Shown piece after piece: positions 10,047 to 18,893 of a stretch of 64,000 bases of DNA. The notes under the pieces are model-generated. The model saw only the letters and a program-made list of their open reading frames with translations. It was not told the origin of the DNA and did not search any database. How positions within the stretch are numbered: the stretch's first letter is position 1; each line of letters begins with the position of its first letter. The position numbers were made by a program, and so were the translations under genes. Origin of the DNA: Dehalococcoidia bacterium (GTDB lineage Bacteria; Chloroflexota; Dehalococcoidia; UBA2979); contig JACKCJ010000013.1 of assembly GCA_020634075.1 (NCBI GenBank), forward strand, positions 3,298 to 67,297, written 5' to 3'.

Positions 10047-10898
10047 CTAGTCGCCGGCGGCTTCCGCCTCGACGGCCTGCTGCGTCGTCTCCTGCGTCGG
10101 CGCCTGCTCCGGGCCGCCGAAGCCGACCCACTTCGCGACGAGCACGTCGCGCGCGAGGTAGTCACCGTAGCCACGGTCGCCGTAGATGATCTCGCCGCCG
10201 CACGTGTAGAGCGTCAGCCACTGCTCCGCCTCGGGCCGGTCGCTCGGCCAGAGGACCTCGCGCATCGGAATCGTCGCGAGGTCGTAGCGGGTCAGGCGGG
10301 CCACCTGGTAGTGGCGCACCTGGCCGTCGGCCATCTCGAGGTAGATGTCGTCGCCGATGCGGGCCTGGTGCACGTTGTAGAAGGGGCCCTGCATGTGGTT
10401 CCAGGTCTCGTGCGCGGAGAAGACGAGGTTGCCCTCCTTGTCCGGCGAGCCGAAGTCCCACTTGTCGTCCGGCTGGTACCAGCCGACGGCGTAGGAGCCG
10501 TCGACCGGCTCCTCCATCACGCCGTCCACCACGCCGACGACCTCGACGACGTGGTCCATGCCCAGCGCCGGCGAGAACATCCGGACGATGCCGCCGTCGT
10601 TCGGTTCAGGGTTGATGACCACCTGGGGCGGCGCGGGGAAGCCGACGGAGGTCGGGTTCTCGAGGATCGCCGCGCGGTCGCCCAGCGGGATCTTCTCGGC
10701 CGCGATCGGCCACGGCTCGGGCGTGGGCGACGGCGTGGGGCTGGGAGTTGCCGTGGGGGTGGGCGTCGGGGTCGTGGTCTCGACGACGATCGACGAGTCG
10801 TCGGAGCCGCCTCCGCAGGCCACGAGGGCCGCGGACACGATCGACAGCGCGGCGATGCCGAGGAGTCGCGAGCGCCATCGGCGCGCGGTGTGCGTCAT
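10047..10898 (-). CDS. sortase family transpeptidase (class E/F-like), predicted lipoprotein with Pro/Thr linker
   Basis: Catalytic pattern GNLVFSAHETW (His), LTLYTCGG (TLxTC Cys) and YLARDVLVA (Arg). The N-terminus MTHTARRWRSRLLGIAALSIVSAALVACGGG has a lipobox, followed by [20 protein letters not shown]. Start ATG 10898 was chosen over 10985. Confidence 0.75.
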   Translation of the reverse strand: MTHTARRWRSRLLGIAALSIVSAALVACGGGSDDSSIVVETTTPTPTPTATPSPTPSPTPEPWPIAAEKIPLGDRAAILENPTSVGFPAPPQVVINPEPNDGGIVRMFSPALGMDHVVEVVGVVDGVMEEPVDGSYAVGWYQPDDKWDFGSPDKEGNLVFSAHETWNHMQGPFYNVHQARIGDDIYLEMADGQVRHYQVARLTRYDLATIPMREVLWPSDRPEAEQWLTLYTCGGEIIYGDRGYGDYLARDVLVAKWVGFGGPEQAPTQETTQQAVEAEAAGD

Positions 10899-11074
10899 GG
10901 AAGCCACCAGGATGCTGGAGGAGCCGCCCTCGAAGGTCACAAGAGTATCCCGAGCACCCCGCCGCGCGGTCGACAGCCCGCGCATGAGGCATCCTGACGG
11001 AATCGGCGCTCAGACGCTACCCCCGGCCGCGAGGTTGTGCGTGGTTCGGGCGAATCTGTCTGGCCGGCGGCGCG

Positions 11075-11464
11075 TCAGGCGGCCGAGTGCGCCCCGCTGC
11101 CTTCGTCCGTCCCGCGGTCGCTGCTACCGAGCACCTGCGCCACCGCGCGCACCAGGTCGTCGATATCGAAGGGCTTCGGAAGTGCACCGTTTGCGCCGAG
11201 TTCCTGTGCCCGCTCGCGTAGCTGGCTGGATCCGGACAGCACCAGCACCCGGCGGCACAGCCCGACCACGTCTCGCAGCGGTCGGTCGCCCCCGTCGGGA
11301 AGCGACAGGTCGAGGACCAGGAGGTCAGGCCGCCGTCGCGCGATGAGCTCCTGTGCTTCGCCGACGTTGGCCGCCTCGACGACCTCGTAGCCCGCGTCAA
11401 GGAGGACATCCCGGACGAGGATGCGGATGCCGTAGTCGTCATCGACCACGAGGACCTGGGGCAC
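11075..11464 (-). CDS. response regulator, receiver domain only (CheY-like)
   Basis: VLVVDDD ... LLVLDLSLPDG ... PKPFDIDDL. GTG 11464 has a GAGGAG SD 6 nt upstream and is preferred over ATG 11494. No output domain. Confidence 0.85.
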   Translation of the reverse strand: MPQVLVVDDDYGIRILVRDVLLDAGYEVVEAANVGEAQELIARRRPDLLVLDLSLPDGGDRPLRDVVGLCRRVLVLSGSSQLRERAQELGANGALPKPFDIDDLVRAVAQVLGSSDRGTDEGSGAHSAA

Positions 11465-11580
11465 GGGCGTCTCCTCGATGCGGTGCGCGCGCATTCGTCG
11501 GCCGCGGGGCGACTGGCGACCCGTCGCGTCGATGCTATCGAGGGCGGATGCCTGTCAGGTCGAGCAAAGGTTGAGGCGCT

Positions 11581-14493
11581 TCACGTCTCCAGCGGCTGCG
11601 TCGCGGGGAGCCAGAAGCGCATCGTCGTCCCCTGGCCGCGACCCGCGCTCTGAGCGCGCAGCTCTCCGCCGTGTCGCTCCGCCACCTCGCGAGCGACGAA
11701 CAGCCCCATGCCGAGTCCGGGGATGTTCCCGGCGTTCGCCGCGCGGCCGAAGGGGGTGAAGATCGCGCGCTGATCGTCGGCGGAGAGGCCGATCCCGTAG
11801 TCGGTGACCTCGATCGTCACGCCCACGCCATCCCGCCGGAGGTCCACGGAGACCGGCGCCTCGGCGGGGGAATACTTCAGGGCGTTGTCGATGAGATTGG
11901 AGATCACCTGGCGGACCCGGTGGGGATCCGCCTCGATCACGACCGCCTCCGATGTCCCCTCGAGGCGGACTCGGGGCGCCCACTCTTCGCGGGTCGCGAT
12001 GTCGGTCAGCAGGCTCGCGATGTCCATCGACTCGATGCTCAGGGGGAGCGCCCCGCGCTGGAGGCGAGACACGTCCGTGAGGTCGTTCGTGAGATTGGCG
12101 AGGTGCGTGCTGATCTCCACGAGCGAGTCGATGTACCGGTCGAATCGTTCCTCCGAGAGCGTGCCGAGGGCGCGCGCTCGCCGGATCTGCTGCGCCGTGC
12201 CGTGGATGATTGCGACCGGGTTCCGCAGTTCGTGCGACGCGATCGCCAGGAAGCGGTCCTTGAGTTCGTTCGCCTCCATGAGCTCGTGGATGTCGGTGGC
12301 CGTGCCGTACCAGTGGGCGATGCCCTGGGTCTCGCCGCGCTCGGCACGGCTCAGGTGCCAGCGGTAGGTGCCGTCGGCCATTCTGATCCGGTGCTCGCAC
12401 TCGTACGCGGTCTGCGTCTCGACGGCGCGATCCCAGGCGGCGAGCGTCTTCGCGAGGTCGTCCGGATGCACGACTGGCTCCCACTCCCAGGTGCCGTCCG
12501 AGTGCCCCACGATCCCGTCGTAGGCGGCGCTTCGCGAGTTGTAGTACTGGACCGTGCCGGTGTCGTCGGCCGTCCACACGACCTGCGGCATCGAGTCTGC
12601 CAGGCGACGGAAGCGCTCCTCGCTCGCCCGCAGCGCCCGTTCCGCGTCGGAGCGTTCGATGGCCGTCCAGGTCCGCTCCGCCGTCTCCTCGATCAGCGCG
12701 ATCTCCTCGGGCTGCCATTCGCGCGGCTCGAACTGGTGTGCCGCCAGCACCGCAACGACGTGCCCGTGGCGCACCACCGGCACCGTCACGAACGCGCGGA
12801 CGCCCAGGCCGAGGTACGAAGGACGGAGCCGGTCGGAGAACCGCTGCTCGGTAGCGAGGTCCGCGTACTGGATCACGGCGCCGGATCGCAGTGCCTCGAG
12901 TACCCGTGGTCCGAACGCCTGGAGGTCGTAGACGCCCGTCGCGCTGCTCGATACCCCGTTCGCCATGTGCTCGACATCGACGGTGATCGTCTGGCGGGCC
13001 TCGTCGATCTCGCCCCAGATCGTGCGGTCGGCGCCGAGATGGTCGCCGAGCAGGAGCGCCGACGCCGTCTGGATCGCCCGCCGCGGTCCGGGCGTCCGAA
13101 GCACATCGGCGAGGCGGGCACGCAGGACGGCTCGCGCCGCGCTCGCCTCCAGCGCTGCTTCGTCGCGCCGGCGCTGCGTGACGTCGCGGAAGAGGATGCC
13201 GACGCGGCGGGCTCCCCGCGCCCCGACACGGAACGCGTAGACATCGAACCAGCGGTTCAGCGCGGCGGATTCCAGTTCGAAGCGGGACGGCTCGCCGGTG
13301 ATCGCAACGCGGCCGTAGGTCTCGAACCAGTCGTCTTCCAGGTCGGGCACCAACTCGCGGGCCGTGCGTCCCTGGGCATCGCGCAGGCCGGTCTGCTCTG
13401 CGAACGCCGGGTTGATCTCGATGAAGCGATAGTCCGTCGGGCGTTCGTCCTCATCGAAGAGGACCTCGACCACGCAGAACCCCTCGTCCATCGCCGTGAA
13501 CAAGGCCGCATAGCGCCCTTCGCTCTGGCGGAGGGCGGCCTGGGCGGCCTCCCGCTCATCGACGTCGATGACGGCGCCGACATACCCAAGGAACTCCCCG
13601 TGCGCGCCGTAGCGCGGTCGCCCCGAGTCGATGACCCAGCGGTATCCACCGCGCGCGTCCTGCAGACGGTGCGTCATCTGCAGCGGTTCGCGGCGCGCGT
13701 TGGCGGTGATGAAGATCTCCTCCGCCTCGTCGCGGTCCTCTGGATGCACCGCGCTCAGCCATCCGTAACCGAGGCCCGTGCCGGGCGCCGTGCCGGTGAA
13801 GTCGTACCAGCTCTGGCTGAGGAAGGTGCAGGCGCCGCTGGGCGCCGTCACCCAGAGCAGCGCGGGAGCTGCGTCCGCGATGCGCCGGAAGTGCTCGTCG
13901 CTCTCGCGATGGGCGGCCGCGGCGCGGCGCTGCGTCTCGATCTCTCGCGCGAGGTCGTCGCCACGGGCCTCCGCCTGCTCCCGGCCACGGCGCTCCTGGA
14001 TGAGCTGGGTGACCTCGGCCGCGGGGTTGAGGATCCCCACGACATTGCCCTCCGCGTCGAGGATCGGTTCGGCGGTGTAGGTGAACCATCCCTCGAGGGA
14101 TGCCCCGCCGCGCTCGAGCGGCAGCAGACGCTGCTCCTCGGCTGCCGCCTGTCCCGTCTCGAGGACGCGCCGGAACATCGGTCCGATGACCTCGCGCGCC
14201 TCGGGGAACACCTCTCGCGCCGGGCGGCCCAGCGCACCGGGGTGCTTGTCACCCATCAGCTGCCGGTAGGCATCGTTGTAGAGGCAGATGAAGTCGTGGC
14301 CCCAGTACACGGCGATGGCGCGCGGCGAAGCGAGCGCCATCCCGAGCGCCACGCGGAGCGCGCCGGGCCATTGCTCGGTCGGCCCGAGGGGCGTGGTCGC
14401 CCAGTCATGCTCTCGGATGAGCGCGGCCATCTCCCCATGGTGTGGTGGCCACGGTGGTGAGTCCTGGGGAGGCATGCGCGGAGAATACCGCAC
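11581..14493 (-). CDS. sensor histidine kinase with multiple PAS domains and a GAF domain
   Basis: 970 aa and no TM segment seen. Repeated PAS-like blocks are present (e.g. FRRIADAAPALLWVTAPSG, GRYAALFTAMDEGFCVVE, ERFRRLADSMPQVVWTAD), along with a GAF-like segment. HisKA motif is FLAIASHELRNP; HATPase motif is NLIDNALKYSP ... GLGMGLFVAREVAERHGG. Confidence 0.9.
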   Translation of the reverse strand: MRYSPRMPPQDSPPWPPHHGEMAALIREHDWATTPLGPTEQWPGALRVALGMALASPRAIAVYWGHDFICLYNDAYRQLMGDKHPGALGRPAREVFPEAREVIGPMFRRVLETGQAAAEEQRLLPLERGGASLEGWFTYTAEPILDAEGNVVGILNPAAEVTQLIQERRGREQAEARGDDLAREIETQRRAAAAHRESDEHFRRIADAAPALLWVTAPSGACTFLSQSWYDFTGTAPGTGLGYGWLSAVHPEDRDEAEEIFITANARREPLQMTHRLQDARGGYRWVIDSGRPRYGAHGEFLGYVGAVIDVDEREAAQAALRQSEGRYAALFTAMDEGFCVVEVLFDEDERPTDYRFIEINPAFAEQTGLRDAQGRTARELVPDLEDDWFETYGRVAITGEPSRFELESAALNRWFDVYAFRVGARGARRVGILFRDVTQRRRDEAALEASAARAVLRARLADVLRTPGPRRAIQTASALLLGDHLGADRTIWGEIDEARQTITVDVEHMANGVSSSATGVYDLQAFGPRVLEALRSGAVIQYADLATEQRFSDRLRPSYLGLGVRAFVTVPVVRHGHVVAVLAAHQFEPREWQPEEIALIEETAERTWTAIERSDAERALRASEERFRRLADSMPQVVWTADDTGTVQYYNSRSAAYDGIVGHSDGTWEWEPVVHPDDLAKTLAAWDRAVETQTAYECEHRIRMADGTYRWHLSRAERGETQGIAHWYGTATDIHELMEANELKDRFLAIASHELRNPVAIIHGTAQQIRRARALGTLSEERFDRYIDSLVEISTHLANLTNDLTDVSRLQRGALPLSIESMDIASLLTDIATREEWAPRVRLEGTSEAVVIEADPHRVRQVISNLIDNALKYSPAEAPVSVDLRRDGVGVTIEVTDYGIGLSADDQRAIFTPFGRAANAGNIPGLGMGLFVAREVAERHGGELRAQSAGRGQGTTMRFWLPATQPLET

Positions 14494-14576
14494 CGTTGGA
14501 CGCGCACTTCGCCTTGTCGAGTACCCAGACGTTGAGACTTTGCTGAGAGTTCGTCGCGTGTTGTGGGCGTCGTCAG

Positions 14577-15362
14577 CTAGCGCTGAAGAGTGTCGTCCGT
14601 GGCATCGTCTCGCGGCTCAGGGTTGGCAGGCAGCAACCCGAGGCACATCGCTGCGAGCACGGCCTCCAGCCGGCTCTTCGCGCCGAGGCGGTCCATTGCT
14701 GCCTGCACGTGGTTGCGCACGGTGATCGGCGTCACGCCCAGCTCGGCGGCGATCTGTGCCGGCGTCTTCCCGCGGGCGAGGCAGCAGAGCACCTCGAGCT
14801 GGCGGGGCGTGAGGACCGGATCGCCCGGCGGGGACGCTGCTGACGCCTCTTCTGACGGGGAGGCCGCTTCGACACCGGAGCAGCGGACCAGGTGCAGCAC
14901 GTTCTCCACGGCGCCCGCCTCGTCCCCGGCCAGCAGCACGGAGATGTCGAAGAGCGGTGTGACGCCCTCGACGGGGCGTCCGTGGAGCGTGAAGTCCCGG
15001 TGGGCGCGACCGAGGCGAGCGAGCGCGATGACCGCGCAGTTCGCGCGGCACGACGCCGCGTTCCGCGGGTTGACCTCGTTCATCAGTTCGTAGCAGGTGC
15101 GCCCCAGTGCCACGTCTCGGGGGGCGATTTGCTCGGCCAGATCGCCCCATTGGACGATCCGCTGTTCCAGGTCCACGGAATACAGCGCGTTCCCGGCGCG
15201 GAGGGTGCCGAGGCCGGGGATAGACACGCGCTCAGTGGGCGTCGATGCCAAGCCGTTCCTGTCTCTGCACCCGAAACCTACTGAACGCTGCGCAGGGAAC
15301 AACGGACCAAGGTCCCCCGGAAAGAGGACGTGCCGGGGGGCTGCATGGTGCGTCCGCACCAT
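14577..15362 (-). CDS. LuxR-family transcriptional regulator with Cys-rich PAS-like N-terminal sensor domain
   Basis: C-terminal HTH: LTPRQLEVLCCLARGKTPAQIAAELGVTPITVRNHVQAAMDRLG. The N-terminal domain carries C-X14-C-X3-C. The start is uncertain; an internal GTG near 15228 is possible. Confidence 0.8.
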   Translation of the reverse strand: MVRTHHAAPRHVLFPGDLGPLFPAQRSVGFGCRDRNGLASTPTERVSIPGLGTLRAGNALYSVDLEQRIVQWGDLAEQIAPRDVALGRTCYELMNEVNPRNAASCRANCAVIALARLGRAHRDFTLHGRPVEGVTPLFDISVLLAGDEAGAVENVLHLVRCSGVEAASPSEEASAASPPGDPVLTPRQLEVLCCLARGKTPAQIAAELGVTPITVRNHVQAAMDRLGAKSRLEAVLAAMCLGLLPANPEPRDDATDDTLQR

Positions 15363-15435
15363 GCGGGTGCTGAGGCCCCTTCATAGATTCGCCTGCGACG
15401 GAGGATCGAGCTGATCCTGGTAGGGAGGTCGGCCG

Positions 15436-16167
15436 GTGAGTCGGCATGTGATGATCGTGGGCGTCCTGTGGGTCTTCTTCACGGCGCTCGCCCTCGCCGG
15501 CGCCGCGGCGATGAACCCGTTCCCGACGGTCGGCGCGGAGGAGGCTGAGTTCTCCGACCACGCGTTCCGCATCATGACCTTCATGGGAGCGCCGGTCTTC
15601 GGCTTCGTGATCGCGGCGCTCGTCTACAACATCGCGCGATTCCGCTCGTCCGGGCAGCCCTCGGAGGACGGCCCGCCGTTCAAGGGCGGCGGGATGATCC
15701 CGCGGGCCTGGCTCGGCGTGACCACGGCCCTCGCGGTCGTGGTGATGATCTACCCCGGCCTCACGGGGCTCGCCGAGATGCGGAGCGACCGCTCGTACGA
15801 CCTCGAGGTCAACGTGACCGGCTACCGCTGGTCGTGGTCCGCGCAGTACCCGGACGGCGAGTTCACCTCGAACGAGATCGTGCTCCCGAAGGACCAGCGC
15901 GTGCGGTTCAACGTCACGGCTCCCGCCGGCGACGTCCTCCACTCGTTCTGGGTCCCCGCGTTCCGGCTCAAGATCGACGCGGTTCCCGGACAGACCAACT
16001 ACCTGTGGATCACCCCGACCGAGCTCGGTGACGGGGCGAACGACGCCGCGTTCCGCGTCCAGTGCGCGGAGCTCTGCGGGCTCAACCATGCCGGGATGCG
16101 GATGAACGTCCGCGTCGTCGAGCCGGACGAGTTCGAGGCCTGGGTGGCCGAGAAGGCGGGGAACTAG
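15436..16167 (+). CDS. ctaC: cytochrome c oxidase subunit II (CuA, no fused cytochrome c domain)
   Basis: HSFWVPAFRLKIDAVPG and CAELCGLNHAGM CuA ligand motifs. 243 aa, no CxxCH. GTG start after GGGAGG. Confidence 0.95.
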   Translation: MSRHVMIVGVLWVFFTALALAGAAAMNPFPTVGAEEAEFSDHAFRIMTFMGAPVFGFVIAALVYNIARFRSSGQPSEDGPPFKGGGMIPRAWLGVTTALAVVVMIYPGLTGLAEMRSDRSYDLEVNVTGYRWSWSAQYPDGEFTSNEIVLPKDQRVRFNVTAPAGDVLHSFWVPAFRLKIDAVPGQTNYLWITPTELGDGANDAAFRVQCAELCGLNHAGMRMNVRVVEPDEFEAWVAEKAGN

Positions 16168-17985
16168 ATGGCGATCATCCTGGGATTCGTCCTGGCCGTC
16201 GTCGGGTTCACGCTGGGCACGGGCGTGCTCGGCGGGATCCGCGTCAGCATGGGACTCGAGTACTGGTCGACCGACCTGTCGTGGACGATCGGCTACCCGT
16301 TCGCCCTCCTCGGCTGGCTCGCCGGGGTCGGCGGCTGGAAGTACTGGGCGACCGAGTGGTTCGGCGGCACCGCTGCCCAGACCCCGAAGGGCGTGAAGCG
16401 CTACTTCGAGTGGAACATGGACCACAAGGTCATCGGCGTGCAGTACGGCGTGACCTTCGTCGCGCTCCTGCTGCTCTCCGGCCTCGCCGCGATGGGCATC
16501 CGCTACGAGCTGATGCAGCCCGGCATGCAGTTGTTCACGCAGGACCAGTACAACGCGGTCATGAGCTTCCACGGCATCGGCATGGTCGCCGTCGCCGTGG
16601 CGATCATGCTCGGGGCGTTCGGCAACTACGTCGTGCCGATCATGATCGGCGCTCACGACATGGCGTTCCCGCGGGTCAACGCGCTGTCGTACTGGCTCGT
16701 GCCGCCGGTGGCGATCATGCTCGTCATCGCGGTCATCATGGGCGGCTGGGATACCGGCTGGACGGCCTACCCGCCGCTCTCGGTGCTGAACAAGTCCGGC
16801 CAGGTGCTCTTCAACCTCGCCGTGATCACCTTCGGCCTCGTGTCGATCCTCGGCGGCATCAACTTCATCGTCACGATCGTCTACGAGCGCGCGCCGGGCA
16901 TGACCTGGGGGCGCCTGCCGATCTTCGTGTGGGGCGCCTTCGCCGGCTCGCTGATCGCGTTCTTCTTCACGCAGGGCTTCGCGGCCGGCCTGATCATGAT
17001 CCTGCTGGACCGCGTGGCGAACACCTCGTTCTTCCACGCCGCCGAGGGCGGCAGCCCGATCCTGTACGAGCACGTCTTCTGGTTCTACAGCCACCCGGCC
17101 GTGTACGTGATGGTGCTTCCCGCCTTCGGCGCGGTCCTCGAGGTGCTCTCGCACATGTCGAGGAAGCCGCTGTACGCGTACAAGTGGGTCGTCGGCGCGA
17201 TGCTGGGGATCGTGGCGCTGTCCGGCGTCGTGTGGGCGCACCACATGTTCACGTCGGGCATGGAGGACTACCTCCACGCGCCGTTCCTGGTGCTGACGGA
17301 GATGATCTCCATCCCCACCGGCATCATCTTCCTCGCCGCCATCGGCACGATCTGGGCCGGACGGCTGTGGATGCGAACGCCGATGCTGTTCGCGCTGGCG
17401 TTCATCTTCAACTTCACCGTCGGCGGTCTGACCGGCATCTACCTGGCGGACGTCCCCACGGACATCCACCTGCACGACACCTACTTCGTGGTGGCGCACT
17501 TCCACTACACGATCATGGGCGGCGAGATCTTCGCCCTGTTCGCGGCGCTCTACTACTGGTTCCCGAAGATGACCGGGCGCGAGTTCAACGAGACGCTGGG
17601 CAAGATCCACTTCTGGCTGATGTTCATCGGCTTCCAGCTGGTCTTCATCCCGATGTTCCAGGTGGGCGTGAAGGGCATGAACCGGCGCGTCGCGGACTAC
17701 CCGGACGCGTACGCGGACTTCAACCGCTTCATCTCCATCTCGGGCTTCGTGCTCGGCTCCTCGTTCATCTTCTTCACGGCCAACATGATCCTCTCGTGGG
17801 TGAAGGGCCGTCGCGCCGCGGCGAACCCGTGGCACGCCACCACGCTGGAGTGGCAGGTCTCCTCGCCGCCTCCCGAGCACAACTTCGAGGGCACCCCGGT
17901 CATCGAGAGCGGTCCGTACGAGTACGGCGTTCCCGGTGCGCCCAAGCACGCCCACATCGGCCCGGCCTCGGCCGAGCACGCGTAG
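16168..17985 (+). CDS. ctaD: cytochrome c oxidase subunit I
   Basis: 605 aa. FWFYSHPAVYVMVLP, WAHHMFTSG and VAHFHYTIMGG motifs. Its ATG directly abuts the ctaC stop. Confidence 0.97.
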   Translation: MAIILGFVLAVVGFTLGTGVLGGIRVSMGLEYWSTDLSWTIGYPFALLGWLAGVGGWKYWATEWFGGTAAQTPKGVKRYFEWNMDHKVIGVQYGVTFVALLLLSGLAAMGIRYELMQPGMQLFTQDQYNAVMSFHGIGMVAVAVAIMLGAFGNYVVPIMIGAHDMAFPRVNALSYWLVPPVAIMLVIAVIMGGWDTGWTAYPPLSVLNKSGQVLFNLAVITFGLVSILGGINFIVTIVYERAPGMTWGRLPIFVWGAFAGSLIAFFFTQGFAAGLIMILLDRVANTSFFHAAEGGSPILYEHVFWFYSHPAVYVMVLPAFGAVLEVLSHMSRKPLYAYKWVVGAMLGIVALSGVVWAHHMFTSGMEDYLHAPFLVLTEMISIPTGIIFLAAIGTIWAGRLWMRTPMLFALAFIFNFTVGGLTGIYLADVPTDIHLHDTYFVVAHFHYTIMGGEIFALFAALYYWFPKMTGREFNETLGKIHFWLMFIGFQLVFIPMFQVGVKGMNRRVADYPDAYADFNRFISISGFVLGSSFIFFTANMILSWVKGRRAAANPWHATTLEWQVSSPPPEHNFEGTPVIESGPYEYGVPGAPKHAHIGPASAEHA

Positions 17986-18012
17986 TCGCTAGACGGAGGG
18001 CTGGAGCTTCTG

Positions 18013-18240
18013 ATGAGCACTCTCAATTCCGCAGCCGAACAGGTTGCCCAGCGACGAGGGCTGATGGTCTTCCTCGCGCTCGCGGTGCTGACCGTCATCG
18101 AATACATCGTCGCGGTCAGCCTGGACTCGGTGCCCGTGCTCGTGGCCCTGCTGGCAGTCGCGGCGGGGGCGAAGTGCTGGGCGATCACCGTCTACTTCAT
18201 GCACGTCTCGAAGCTGTGGCGTGGCGAGGAGGCCCACTAA
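18013..18240 (+). CDS. small 2-TM protein, prokaryotic cytochrome oxidase subunit IV-like
   Basis: 75 aa with two hydrophobic helices and a C-terminal AITVYFMHVSKLW resembling the FxHL-type subunit IV motif. It sits between ctaD and ctaE. Confidence 0.6.
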   Translation: MSTLNSAAEQVAQRRGLMVFLALAVLTVIEYIVAVSLDSVPVLVALLAVAAGAKCWAITVYFMHVSKLWRGEEAH

Positions 18241-18824
18241 TGGCAGCGACCGCAACTCTTCCGCACGGACGCGAGGTGGACTCGTCGCACGCCGCCCGCC
18301 GGGTGCGCATCAACCGCCTGGGCCTGTGGCTCTTCCTCGCCTCGGACGGCGCCCTCTTCGCGCTCTTCGCCGCGTCGAGGTTCTACATCGCCGGGACCGC
18401 CATCAGCCCGCACCTGAACCAGCTGCTGGGCCTGGGGATCACCTCGCTGCTGCTGCTGTCGTCGTTCACGGCGTACCGCGCCGAGACGGCGTTCACGCAC
18501 GGCAACACGTCCCACGGCCGGATGATGCTGCTCGCGACGGTGCTCATGGGCCTCATGTTCTTCGGCGGCGTGGTCTACGAGTGGTCGATCGCGGAGTTCT
18601 CGCCGTCCGAGGCGTACGGCACCGCGTTCTTCTCGATGACCGGCATGCACGCGTTCCACGTGGTGACCGGCGTGTTCTTCCTCCTGCTGATGTGGGCGCG
18701 CTCCGGCGACGGGAAGTTCACCGGCGGCACGAACGCGTGGCCGATCGCGGCCGCGGTCATCTACTGGCACTTCGTGGACGTGGTCTGGGTGTTCTTCTAC
18801 CCGACCCTCTACCTCCTGAAGTAG
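18240..18824 (+). CDS. ctaE: cytochrome c oxidase subunit III (short, 5-TM type)
   Basis: MAATATLPHG...FFSMTGMHAFHVVTG...YWHFVDVVWVFFYPTLYLLK. Its ATG overlaps the preceding stop (TAATG). In the ORF track it is hidden inside the long open frame 16062-18824. Confidence 0.9.
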   Translation: MAATATLPHGREVDSSHAARRVRINRLGLWLFLASDGALFALFAASRFYIAGTAISPHLNQLLGLGITSLLLLSSFTAYRAETAFTHGNTSHGRMMLLATVLMGLMFFGGVVYEWSIAEFSPSEAYGTAFFSMTGMHAFHVVTGVFFLLLMWARSGDGKFTGGTNAWPIAAAVIYWHFVDVVWVFFYPTLYLLK

Positions 18825-18893
18825 CTCACTGAGCCTCCCAGGCAGGCGGTCGAGGACGGCAGGCGCGGAGGGAACCGTGATCGGAATCGACCG

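Noticed and set aside
11671-14460. Very long ORFs antisense to, or frame-shifted from, real genes. Examples: 808-2088, 3320-5011, 4993-6603, 11671-14460, 15232-17979, 34517-36082, 38293-39960, 46595-48673, 56763-58685.
   Set aside because: Their translations are Arg/Pro/Gly/His/Asp-rich low-complexity strings with no motifs. They exist because stop codons are rare in this GC-rich DNA. In each case the opposite or other frame encodes a recognisable protein with G/C-dominated third positions.
14494-14576. A CTGAGA-containing spacer (GCTGAGAGTTCG) between the LuxR and kinase genes, considered as a TPP riboswitch fragment.
   Set aside because: Only the short CTGAGA word matches. The spacer is 83 nt, lacks the other conserved TPP helices and sits downstream of a stop codon rather than in a 5' leader.
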